DNA from: Eledone cirrhosa
Lineage: Eukaryota
DNA length: 64,000 nucleotides
Assembly (NCBI GenBank): GCA_964016885.1
Contig: OZ024740.1
Coordinates: 381,920,001-381,984,000, forward strand
Direction of reading: 5' to 3'
Positions 39,096-51,039 of this stretch are shown here, in pieces. The stretch's first letter is position 1. Each line of letters begins with the position of its first letter. The notes beneath the pieces are model-generated. The model ran no database searches. It saw only the letters and a program-made list of their open reading frames with translations, and was not told the DNA's origin. A program made the translations under genes and the position numbers.

Positions 39096-39925
39096 ATGAC
39101 TTCCAAACATCTGATCCACCGAAACTCGGCCATTTCGGACCATACCAAAATCAACATACTGATTGCGGATTTGGTACGGGTGATGAGAAATGTGTCCCGC
39201 ATGTGCAACCCCGAAGAACTAGAGAGACACATACAACACTTCATCCACCGTATGCAGTTCTCTGGCTACAATCAGAGAGATAGAATCAGAGTGTATAGAG
39301 GAGCCAGAACCAAATGGGAAAAAATGGTAAATAATGACATAAATGGGACCTGCCCCTTGTACAGGAGCAAATTTTGGAATAGAATAGAAAGAACTAGGAA
39401 CAAGGCCAATAGAATAAACTCATGGTATGATAGCAATAAATACCAGAGTGTAATGTTTATCAATACAACCCCTAGAGGCGAACTAGCCTACAAATTTAGA
39501 AGGGCCCTAAATAAACATAAACTCAATATTAAGATAGTAGAAACACCAGGTACCTCCGTAAAAACACTTATTAGCAAGACATACCCGTTCAAAGACCCTC
39601 ATGTATAGATAAGGAATGTATAACCTGTAAAATAAGCCCCCATATTAACTGTAAAACTAGAAATGTAGTGTATAGCATAAGATGTACTGAAGGACAATGT
39701 AGAAACAAAAATATAGTGTACATAGGTGAGACAGCTCGTAGTATAGGGGAACGGATAAATGAACACTGGCGATACCTTCAAGATAATAAAGAATCATCTG
39801 TACTCTACCAACATGCTAAGATAGAACACAAGGGTAAATTAGAGAACATAGAAATAAAAATAGAATCCACACACAGAAAAGATGCAATGTTTAGGCAAAT
39901 TACAGAGGCAGTAAGCATAAAATAA
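39096..39925 (+). pseudogene. Truncated PLE thumb/linker/GIY-YIG ORF (right arm, 1-bp deletion near 39590)
   Basis: ORFs 39021-39608 and 39668-39925 are the two halves; same premature stop as the left arm. Confidence 0.85.
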
Positions 39926-40189
39926 TTACAGCCAAAATTAAATAGAAAATATGAGTGGAACAGCAACATCACAACTTAAAATTAAGGACAAAATGAAAAC
40001 ACACACACACATAGAACAAACAACCAACCAACAACATGTAAATAAATAAACAAATAGATAAATGAACACAAACACACACAGACACCCGGATGTGGCACAT
40101 GCGCAAACTGAGCACACAACACACACACAGAAACAAAATGGCGTAGGACAGAAGAAAGGAAAGGCACAGAAACAAAAGAAGGAATCCCC

Positions 40190-40234
40190 AGTCACTGAAG
40201 AGGTCACAGAGTGTGTGACGAAAGGACTATGACT
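40190..40234 (+). ncRNA. Family A hammerhead motif
   Basis: agtca-CTGAAGA-G-gtcaca gagtg tgtgac-GAAA-ggac-TA-tgact. Confidence 0.82.
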
Positions 40235-40463
40235 ATATATAAACAACTATCTGGTTGTGGAACCAACCAACCAACCAGAAACTTATAAGTTTGTAGATTT
40301 GTAAATTTATAAATTTATAAATATATCATAAATTGAAGTGAAAGCAACTGGTGCGTGTGTTTCTTATTGGCAACATGACCCTCCCAAAGTATAACAATAT
40401 CGGTTTCAACACAGATTTCAGATAAATAATCTTGCTAAACAAATTCAGAAACGAAATACATAA

Positions 40464-40570
<107 letters not shown>

Positions 40571-40710
40571 AAGATTAAACAAGTTTCAATGAATAAATCA
40601 AAGAATGAGTTTTACAATAGATTGGAATCACTCAACAATTATGGTTTTCCGGAGTTATTAATATTAATTCAAAATATTAACAAAAGTAGACATTCGTGTG
40701 ATCAAGTATA

Positions 40711-40773
40711 TTTTATTATACATATTTAAGAGGTACTGAGCTAACTTCAACAGTACGTCCTCATCAGATAAAA
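40711..40773 (-). ncRNA. Family D hammerhead motif, GAAA changed to TAAA
   Basis: Reverse complement of 40878-40940 with a G12 substitution. Confidence 0.65.
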
Positions 40774-40877
40774 TAAGATGATGCATGACATACCCTGACA
40801 TAGTAGATGATTAAGATTCACTACCATGACTGAATCTTAACCATCTACTATATCAGGGTATGTAATGCATCATCTTA

Positions 40878-40940
40878 TTTTATCTGATGAGGACGTATTG
40901 TTGAAGTTAGCTCAGTACCTCTGAAATATGTATAATAAAA
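40878..40940 (+). ncRNA. Family D hammerhead motif
   Basis: ttttat-CTGATGA-ggac gtattg..cagtac ctct-GAAA-tatgta-TA-ataaaa. Confidence 0.8.
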
Positions 40941-41989
40941 TATACTTGATCACCCGAATGTCTATTTTTGTTAATATTTTGAATTAATATATATATACAT
41001 ATATATTAGAAAGTGACTTTTTTTTACAAAATGAAAAAAAAACGAAATGTCCTACACGAGTGAAAGTATAAGGAAAAAAGATGAAATCGAAAATGCAACT
41101 GGAGTCTTTTTTTTAAAATATATATGTATTTGGTTCCTTTACCGGTTTCGCAGTTCTTATGATTTACAAAAGTAGAATTGAGATGGAGGGTTTGCGGTTT
41201 TTCTCGCATCTCGTTGGTGTTCGAATGTTACTTCTGTTTTATATGGAAAACGTGGCTCGAAATAGGTTTTGATACTAAGAACAATATTAAAATCTTTGAC
41301 ATCAATCTTGTATTAGCTGAATTGTATTGATCTAGTATTAGTACAGGTTAAAACCAATGTTAAGATGAAAATTATTATCTAAAAAAAGAAAGATTATTAA
41401 GAATCAGACGATTCTGTGGTGAAGGTGTGATTTTCTGAGAGGAATAGATATATTTCGAAAAGAGTTAACTGCACCGGTTTAAAAACTAAAAAACAATAGC
41501 GACTTATTATTTTGGCAAAGTGCCATGTGTTATATGACACCAGAAGTGTCACTACAGACATAGCGCAGTTTAATGAAAGTGTCGTTTGAAGTTCAACTTT
41601 TTTTTTTGTTTGATTCTTCTCAATTTGTCATAAGTTATTTCATTAGACTATTTAACAAATATAAAATTAATTGTTTCTAGTTGACGTCCTAGAGTGTATA
41701 TTTCTTTCTGTTATTAATTTTGAAAATTTGGCTCTAATTTTCTGATAATGTTCTAACTGAATGAATATACTTCTTTATAAACCTCAGATATGATAAAATG
41801 CAAAACCTGTACGGATTAGAACTTGAGGTTATACACCAGTTATTCCAGCAATTAAACAGCTCTGTAAATGCATCACATTCTGAATACTATGCTCCAAAAT
41901 ACAATATATAAATAGTTTCAAAGGAGCTTCGCAGCACCTCTTCAATATTTCACACGAAAAGAAACTATTTCTTATCATCCAACCTGTCT

Positions 41990-42420
41990 AAATACGGCTT
42001 TCAACATCTCGGGCCCGATTTAATTTTCCCCAGTGGCCTTGCCACATTTGACCTCTTTAACTGGTCATGTGACCTCAGCCTCTGAGAGATTGATCACCGC
42101 TTCCAGATGCACCACGTGTACATCAGAAGATGCTGTTTTGATTGGGTTTAGGAGATCGGCAAAGTATTCTCTTTAATTCGTTAGGATACACGACTCTGAA
42201 GAGAGGAGAACCCAGAGGCCTTATTGATAGCAGGTGTGAAAGAATGATTCCTATTAAGAAGTCAGCGGATAGTCTACCAGAATACTTTATTTGCCGATCT
42301 GAAGTCTTAGTTCAGCTTAACTCCAAAGTTCCCGTGTCTTAATTTTGGATACCTTTACTGTTTCTGCTGCGATTCTTCTAGAGAACAGGTCGTAAAGTGT
42401 CGGAGAGTGATACGGCCACC
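41990..42420 (-). mobile_element. Degraded RTE-like LINE fragment (region between endonuclease and RT)
   Basis: Minus-strand pieces KEYFADLLNP, ISEAEVT, KEVKCGKATG and IGPEMLK. Confidence 0.55.
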
Positions 42421-43011
42421 AGATGTCTAGTTGCGATAGAAGCGGGAAACTGCCGGACCAACAGCAGTAAAGTATTAGGGGAGATGGAGGAATGGATGGC
42501 ACCTGTAACTACCAAGAAAACGCTCACAAGCAAGTGTCGTAGATATAACGAGGCGAATATAGGCCGCCTATAAAAAAGCCTAGTCTTCCCGGGTTTCACG
42601 AAGTACCAGATTTGTGACTGGTGCAAATAAGACCAACGAAACTGCAACTGCAATATATATTTTCTGCGTATAACTATATGTATTGTTCTAAGGGAAATTG
42701 TGTGTATATAGATCCGCATGTACATATATTTTGTGTTTATACTATATTGAAGTGTGGTGTATTAATGTTAATGGTGAATGTATTATTTATGGCTATATTA
42801 TTTTTGTAGCTTATTGGATTCAACTCTATAAAGGCCTAAGACCAATTTCTGGACTAAGGTCGTTGTAAGAAAGAAGTATTTTCTGTGCCCTGGCTTGTAT
42901 TCCATGCTGAGATGATTTGGTGTCTCATATGGGGGCATCCTATGAATAACGTCATTTTTTGTATCGAAATATTCTAAGTCCTCAGCATTCTACACACACA
43001 CACACCCACAT

Positions 43012-43077
<66 letters not shown>

Positions 43078-43255
43078 ACATATATATACGTATATATATA
43101 TATACATATATGTATATATATATATATAAATATATGTGTGTGTCTGTGTATATATACATATATGTATATACATGTATGTATTTATATATATATGTATATA
43201 TATATATATAACCTATACATATATAAGTGGTTACACAACAGTTAGTTCGCCATAC

Positions 43256-43293
43256 CGAGAACAATTGTTTCACCTTAGCGGATCCTCAGCTCG
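43256..43293 (-). ncRNA. Minimal type I hammerhead motif (38 nt)
   Basis: cgag-CTGAGGA-t cc gctaa gg t-GAAA-caattg-TT-ctcg; helix III is palindromic. Confidence 0.78.
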
Positions 43294-43341
<48 letters not shown>

Positions 43342-43346
<5 letters not shown>

Positions 43347-43457
43347 AAAAAGTATGACCCCGACGGCAGAGCTCAAGTCGTTTAGACGGCTATTTCTGGA
43401 CAGAAATACTTGTCGAAACGGCTTGAGCGCTGCCGTCGGGGTCAAACTTGTTCCTAT
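43342..43457. repeat. 116-bp GC-rich near-perfect inverted repeat: fold-back truncated inside a hammerhead
   Basis: gaccccgacggcagagctcaagtcgttt / aaacggcttgagcgctgccgtcggggtc. The right arm carries GAAA-cggc..gccg-TC at 43415-43437. Confidence 0.85.
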
Positions 43458-43532
43458 TTCCCACTCTACTACCCTAAGTATTGAGTACTCTGGTGCCTTA
43501 TGGTCCATCTGGTACCTTACCACAATTCCTTT

Positions 43533-45002
43533 GATTAAAAATTAGCTCTACAGTTAAGGAGCAATAATATTATATTATATTTAGAGTTTAAACTCAAAGT
43601 CATTTACAATTAATCAGCTCAAAGAAAGAAGTATTTCCGAGCAGTGAAATACAAGTTAATATATATTAATATATGATATATGATAAACACATACGTGTTT
43701 GTATTGTAAGAGACAAAGTTAGCTAGAATGAAATAAACTAATTAAAATGAATACAATTTGTCTGTCTCGATATAAGTCAATAAATACAAGCTTATATTGG
43801 CAAAAGTCGTGATTCCTGGACAAATTTAAATTTCAAAATGCAAACCTGCTCCGTAGATGAATTTGAACTGCGAAACCTAAATATGTTTCGCAGCGATGGT
43901 ATAACAATTGAAATATAAAAAGTGAAATATTCAAATCTTCTGTGCTTATCAACATGGATCCAGTAAAATTAGTACATTTCACCTCCAAAAATTTTGCAGG
44001 ACTGATTTACACGTGGTATAACCAGCTATACTAGCCATCCCGTACTCCCGGTGCTAGAAATAACAGCCGTTTATATGGGATTAAAAATTAGCTCTACAGT
44101 TAAGGAGCAATAATATTATATTATATTTAGAGTTTAAACTCAAAGTCATTTACAATTAATCAGCTCAAAGAAAGAAGCATTTCCGAGCAGTAAAACACAG
44201 GTTAATATATATTAATATATGATAAACACATACGTGTTTGTATTGTAAGAGACAAAGTTAGCTAGAATGAAATAAACTAATTAAAATGAATACAATTTGT
44301 CTGTCTCGATTATTTCATTCTAGCTAACTTTGTCTCTTACAATACAAACACGTATGTGTTTATCATATATTAACATATATTAACTTGTATTTCACTGCTC
44401 GGAAATGCTTCTTTCTTTGAGCTGATTAATTGTAAATGACTTTGAGTTTAAACTCTAAATATAATATAATATTATTGCTCCTTAACTGTAGAGCTAATTT
44501 TTAATCCCATATAAACGGCTGTTATTTCTAGCACCGGGAGTATGGGATGGCTAGTATAGCTGGTTATACCACGTGTAAATCAGTCCTGCAAAATTTTTGG
44601 AGGTGAAATGTACTAATTTTACTGGATTCCTGTTGATAAGCACAGAAGATTTGAATATTTCACTTTTTATATTTCAATTTTCATACCATCGTTACGAAAC
44701 ATATTTAGGTTTCGAAGTTCAAATTCATCTACGGAGCAGGTTTGGATTTTGAAATTCAAATTTGTCCAGGAATCACGGCTTTTGCCAATATAAGCTTGTC
44801 TTTATTGACTTATATCGAGACAGACAAATTGTATTCATTTTAATTAGTTTATTTCATTCTAGCTAACTTTGTCTCTTACAATACAAACACGTATGTGTTT
44901 ATCATATATTAATATATATTAACTTGTATTTCACTGCTCGGAAATGCTTCTTTCTTTGAGCTGATTAATTGTAAATGACTTTGAGTTTAAACTCTAAATA
45001 TA

Positions 45003-45010
<8 letters not shown>
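43533..45010. repeat. Tandem plus fold-back array of the structured repeat (family Y, homologous to family X)
   Basis: Forward arm 43533-44310 (period 546) and reverse arm 44311-45010 (period 539). Shares tgctagaaataacagccgtttatatggg and other blocks with 10328-10890. Confidence 0.9.
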
Positions 45011-45035
<25 letters not shown>

Positions 45036-45040
<5 letters not shown>

Positions 45041-45360
45041 TTCAAAATATTAACAAAAAATAGACATTCATGTGATCAAGTATATTTTATTATACATATT
45101 TCAGAGGTACTGAGCAATCTACAACATACGTCCTCAGATAAAATAAGATGATGCATGACATACCCTGACATAGTAGATGGTTAAGATAGCTCAGTACCTC
45201 TGAAATATGTATAATAAAATATACTTGATCACACGAATATCTATTTTTTGTTAATATTTGGAATTAATATTAATAACTCCGGAAAACCATAACTGTTGAG
45301 TGCTTCCAATCTATTGTAAAAATCATTCGTTGATTTATTCATTGAACCTTGTTTAACCTT

Positions 45361-45364
<4 letters not shown>
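45036..45364. mobile_element. Second family D fold-back element
   Basis: Homologous to 40566-40990; inversion point near 45187. Confidence 0.85.
45085..45143 (-). ncRNA. Family D hammerhead motif; a 3-nt deletion recreates CTGAGGA
   Basis: ttttat-CTGAGGA-cgtatg..cagtacctct-GAAA-tatgta-TA-ataaaa. Confidence 0.6.
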
Positions 45365-45431
<67 letters not shown>

Positions 45432-45437
<6 letters not shown>

Positions 45438-45483
45438 ATACTTTGGGAGGGTCATGTTGCCAATAAGAAATTCAGAAACGAAA
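45432..45483. mobile_element. Miniature family A remnant joining two terminal segments in opposite orientation
   Basis: ttgttatactttgggagggtcatgttgccaataag followed by aaattcagaaacgaaat, between (TA)n tracts. Confidence 0.75.
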
Positions 45484-46983
45484 TATATATATATATATAT
45501 ATATGAATGAGTCTTATATATATATATATATATGAGTATTATATATACATATATCTATATACATATATCTATATACATATGTGTGTATGTATGTATGCGT
45601 GTGTATGCGTGAGTTTGAAAACAGTGTGGACACCTCATGACATGCGTCTTTTCCTGTGATGAGTCTCAGCTAACTCGTTTCTTTTTAATCATGGTATAAT
45701 TGCTGCTTCTATAGACGTAACTACTACTATCAATGAAGGATTCTAGTAACAATAAACGTAGAAAGCGACACCAAATATATGTATCAAAACATTAAATTGT
45801 TGTAGTTGTAAAATGCTGTAAGTCGATAAATCATTCTAAAAAGAGCAAAATGAAACAGTCGAACGGTAATGTTATTTGTTCCGGTAAATTATGTTGAAAC
45901 CAGTTGATCCATGCGAAGACCCAGGGTTAAATGACGCCCAGATATTAAAAGGCCAATGCTTTCGAATATTAAATGCTTGTCTATAGTAACTATTTGCTTT
46001 CTTATAATGCCACTAGGTCAAATGTTATTTTATTCTATGGGTTTGTGTAATATAATCATTTATTACTTTAAATGTTTCATTTGTGTTGTCATGGCTAACG
46101 TTAACAGGTTCTTTGTTTTTATATTTAACATTTAAAAAAAGTTGCAGTTATAAAATGAAGCAGCTATCATGTCAGTGATATAAAGCATCAGCTTTATATT
46201 ATCTGTATTCCATAATGTGACTAATATTCTATTATTGAAGTTCAGAAAAATTCTAGTTTTATTTAGTATAATGTAATGATTCAACCACTTTCATCAGCTT
46301 TGTAAAAGGAGGGAAGTGACATATGAATGAATCTTTGTATTTTCAATCTACGTTAAACGTGAGAATTGTTCTTGTCTCTATACAGTCATTGATTTTTTTT
46401 CTCTGACAAATATATCTAACGAAAATTCTATCAAATATTAAATAATTGTCGTATATACGAAAACGATATTCTATTGCTGAAAGATATATTATTGTATATA
46501 ATCAGTTATAGCACTCTATAACATATTTTTCTATACCCTTAACATATATTCTTTGCAATATTACTGCCATGAGCATTCAAGGAAACACAAACTGATGCTC
46601 TCTTCCATTGAAGAATAAATGGAATTCTGTTCAACTTAGTACAACTAAGTACAAAGTTTAAGTTCGTTAACTGGGATCTGCTATTTATTCATGGCGCACT
46701 ACTCGTCAGACAACTTTGTTTCAAACTTTTTAATAACCTTTCATAAACATACGAGGCATTTCTTTAGAGATCAGCACAAAAACATAACATAGTAATTCTC
46801 TCGCAAGGCAGCATTTTTCCTCATTACATCTCCGTGGATCAATTCCTTTTATTAACAATTGATGTTTTGGTATTTGGTATATAGTGCGATATTACAATGC
46901 CTCTGTAAGATCATAAATATTTCATGGAAAGATAAAATCACCAGCATAAAAATATTGCAGCTAGAGCAACTGCTATTATATAT

Positions 46984-47643
46984 ATTTCTACGATTTTGCG
47001 TTTCGTTTCGCTTTTTCTACCAGCCGAAATACGATTCTCGCTGAATATATATTTGTATTAATCTCCCGAGTCTTACAATTAACCTGTTAATAATTCTATT
47101 GACAGATTAATTGCATAAGTTTATTTTAAAAACTACCCGGTTGAGTGCTTTTTCGATTTGTACTATCTATGCAATTGTTTGTATGATATACACATACTGA
47201 ATTCATTTGCCAAAATCTGGGGTTTTTCCCCTTGTGACTTTTACAAAGTTCTGCGTCACTCACAAAGTTGGTTACAGAGCAAAATAGCTGTTGATAACGT
47301 GATATTCCTTGTTCGATGATTATGCTAAAAGCTTATAGTTTTAAGCAGACAGTATTATTGAGTTAGGTGTCAGAGAAGCCCTGCATTTGAATTTTACCAT
47401 CAATTCCATTTGGGTCCAGGTCTGTTTTTATCATTTATTTTGTTTGACCTGTTTAGCTTGATTTGTTTTTTGGCTTAGGTGGTTAATGCCTTCTTAACCA
47501 CTTCTCAGTTTGTATGGCGTGTTAGCATATTGTTTAGCTCTATTTTTTGTAACTAGTGAAGCGCTTGCCAGCATTTCTACGATTTTGCGTTTCGTTTCGC
47601 TTTTTCTACCAGCAGAAATACGATTCTCGCTGAATTTATATTT
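46984..47643. repeat. ~70-bp direct repeats 589 bp apart
   Basis: atttctacgattttgcgtttcgtttcgctttttctaccagc(c/a)gaaatacgattctcgctgaat at 46984 and 47573. Confidence 0.9.
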
Positions 47644-48799
47644 ATATATATATATATATATATGTATATATAAATGTGTGTGTGTATGTATGTGTGTGCG
47701 TATGTATATATGTATAGATACATATACCCACGCGCATAGACAAATGTTGCGAGAAAAACGAAAGCTGAATGCGATTTACACAATTGCCCAGTCCTACAGA
47801 TGTTATTAAAAGGACGGGAAGATATGCAAGATATATAAGACATTCAAATATTTCATAGTAATACGTCATAATCTCAGGAAATATTTTGATACAAAATGTG
47901 TTTTATTTGAGATGTTATTTCTGAATGTAATCCATTTGATATAAATATTGATACGTTTTCGCCATGTCAATGTGACAGTGGAATATCCACGGTACGAACG
48001 GGAAGGACTAAGAAATGAAAAAAAAAAAAAAAAAAGCATAGGCAAAAGCAAACCAATATGATAAATACATAGCCGAATATTGATTAAATTAGTAAGCTAG
48101 CTATTAATATACATATTTTAACAAAGTTTAAATGTAGTGAAGTTATGAATAAATATTTTTACATATACTATACATAATATTTAAATAAACAGCACACGCA
48201 TGGATGGATGGAACAGATAAAATAGTATATATGTATTATTGATTTATGTTCATGCACAGAAGAAAATCCTACAACCAAATGTTTGAAAGCTAATATATGG
48301 CCATCTACCCAGATAGTGCACTGCGTTGCAGAACGGATGAAAGGGTGATCAATATCGAGACATAGACATCCGGCGTTTGGATGTGTTGGAAAACACCGTT
48401 AAAATATAGCGTGTTCAACGCTCTTTTATGAAATAACTAAATCTTCATATTTTTACGTACTATAACAAAGTGGAATAACTCATGATGTAAAATTAATATT
48501 TATAAATTTGTGTGTTTATTCGGTGTTACAAGAATATTGTATATAAATTTGTATTTAATTGTGGTATCGTGTGTTCAGTATAGCAAACGTATGATGTTAT
48601 GTTGAGGTATATAATATAAAGATTTCTTTTAAGGGTTGGAGTTGAGAAGTATAGATGTACGGTGTTATATAAGAGGAGAAAACAGAAAAAAATACTTAGA
48701 AAGTATGGAAATCAGTGTCAAAGATACAGTCATGGTGAAAATAAATACTGAAGCACTGCGGAAAGATTTTGTTGATATTCTAAATTTAATGATGGATGA

Positions 48800-50520
48800 C
48801 ATGAATATTGGTAGTGGTAAACATATCAATGTAAGATCTTTAGACAAAAGAAAACGTTAAAATAAATGGTATTTAATTTTAAACAAGGTGAAGTAGCACA
48901 GAGGTTGACAAAACGTACAAGCTAAGGGAAAGGATGTTGCCAACTATTATATGATGTCTGTACTTGATGTGGAAATTGCTTGCAAGCATCATGTCTGGGG
49001 AAATCTGCCACTATCTCGACATAAACAACTTTTTGCCGGAGGAACAGAATTGATGTCGAAAAAGGTCAGATGGTATAAAAACCAATTACTTATTGACAGG
49101 ATGATGATAACGATCTAGATGAGGAGTCATACGGGTTTGTCATGGAATGGATAGATTAAAAGACGCTTGAATAACCAAGCGCGTAGAAATCTACAATCAT
49201 TGTTGGGAGGGGGGGGGGGGGGTAGTGAAAATCAGGAGAGGTACCTTCCAAGGAGATAGGCAGTTTCTGTTATTGTTTGTCCTTTGCCTAATATCTTTGT
49301 TCCTCTTATTGGGAAGAGAGCAACTTTCCATGAACCGCCCCCTCTTCTTGGCCGACGTAATACTCTATGAGTTGGATGCACTTCAAACACTGTTCGTATT
49401 TCAATGATATACGTATGGAATTTGGTATTAATAATTGTAGAGCCCTAGTGATGAGGAGGGGTAAATTGAAGATAAGCAAATGAATCGAGATACCAATGGG
49501 TGAGGCGATAAACAGAACGTCACCTAAGACGGATATAGAAATTTCGTTTTGGGGGGCAAATTATATCATGGACTATAAAATGAAGGAGAAGATAAGATAT
49601 AGATTCATAAGGAGAGTAAGTAAAATACTAAAATCACATCTGAATAGTAGGGATGCCATAAGTCCAATATATTCCCGAGCTGTGTCTATCATTAGGTACA
49701 GTGTGGGAATTCTTAAATGGAATATAAACGAACAGGAATACAGGGAAATTAATGACTACATAATGTAAGTTTCATAATGATGGTGATATTGAGAGACTGT
49801 AGATAAAAGAGATTTGAAGGAGGAAGAGGATTTATCAACCTGACGGACTGAGTTCAGATGTAGAAGAGCTGTTACATAGATATATATCTGTGAGTAAAAT
49901 GCCAATGCTTATGCCTGTATTGAAACAGGAGATATTAGGCCAGAGATGTCCAAGAGAGGGAGGAAACTGTAGCTAAAATCGTGTCCTATTGTACACACCT
50001 AGCTTAGACTCAGAATATAGGATGAAGGCTTGTTATCATAGGAAAAGTGATCTACTGACATTTACGGAATTCGATTAATTTACGCTACTCTAAGACGTGG
50101 TATAAGCATAATCCAGACTCAGTGATAGAAATAGATCGGGTTTTAAGATACAAACAGATAAGGAATTAGAAAACAATAAACCTGACCAGGTAGATTTTGA
50201 CAGTAATACTATCTTGCTTGATTATAGATGAAACTAGATTTGGAACTGTCATGAGGTCAAGGTCGTCCACATTGTCATACGAGCACTAGGAACTATATCG
50301 AAGGGTTTCCAAAGTTGGCTAAAGATCATTAACCTACCTCCTTTTTTGAGAACACATCGCATGTCTGCTTGGGACAACAAGGACCATCCAATACATTCTG
50401 AATATATATATCTGAGGTATCAGGCAACGGCTTGATGTCATTTGGGCGAATTTTTCGATTATATAACATCAGTAACTGAGATAACAAATTCATAATAATA
50501 ATAATAAAAAAATAATAATT
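48800..50520 (+). mobile_element. Degraded R4/Dong-type non-LTR retrotransposon
   Basis: KIRRGTFQGD, MEFGINNC, RRVSKILKSHLNS..AVSIIRYSVGILKW, NNKPD and VVHIVIRALG pieces, with a (TAA)n tract at ~50492-50519. Confidence 0.75.
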
Positions 50521-51039
50521 TCGACACAAGGCGAACAATATTTAGTGGTGAGTTGATTTAATCACAGTCAGTATTTACTGGTATTTTTATATTGGTCCCA
50601 GAATAATGGATGGCAAACTTGACCTAATGATAATAATAATAATGTTGCTATATTGTAGCATGTTTTAATTCCTCGTTTTTATTTTCTCTATTTTTTGCAT
50701 TTAGTTAGCCACAATTTTTTGGAGACGATTAGTGCTTGTGAGACGAAAATGCTTTCTGTTTTCTGGAGGAAAGAATTTTAAAGGTTTATTATTGTAGTAA
50801 TAACAATGAATCATATGTAATAATAATACTTTAAAGAAAATAGATAAAATAGTTTTTTAGTCATTATTGGTTATGATAAGATCGAAATCCTAGCTGTGCT
50901 TGAATATCTTCTTTATTAGAAAGTATGTTAAACTTTCATAAAAAATTCTTTGAAAAGGTCTACGCCTGTGTATCTTCAGCTAGAAGACGTTACACTAGAA
51001 AATGAATATTTAAAAGTTGAAAGCAACATTTAAATATTT

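Larger units (their letters stand above)
37764..40456. mobile_element. Head-to-head fold-back pair of 5'-truncated family A PLEs (2.7-kb palindrome)
   Basis: The left arm (37764-39069) and right arm (~39095-40400) are near-identical reverse complements; the right arm has an extra tail to 40456. Confidence 0.92.
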
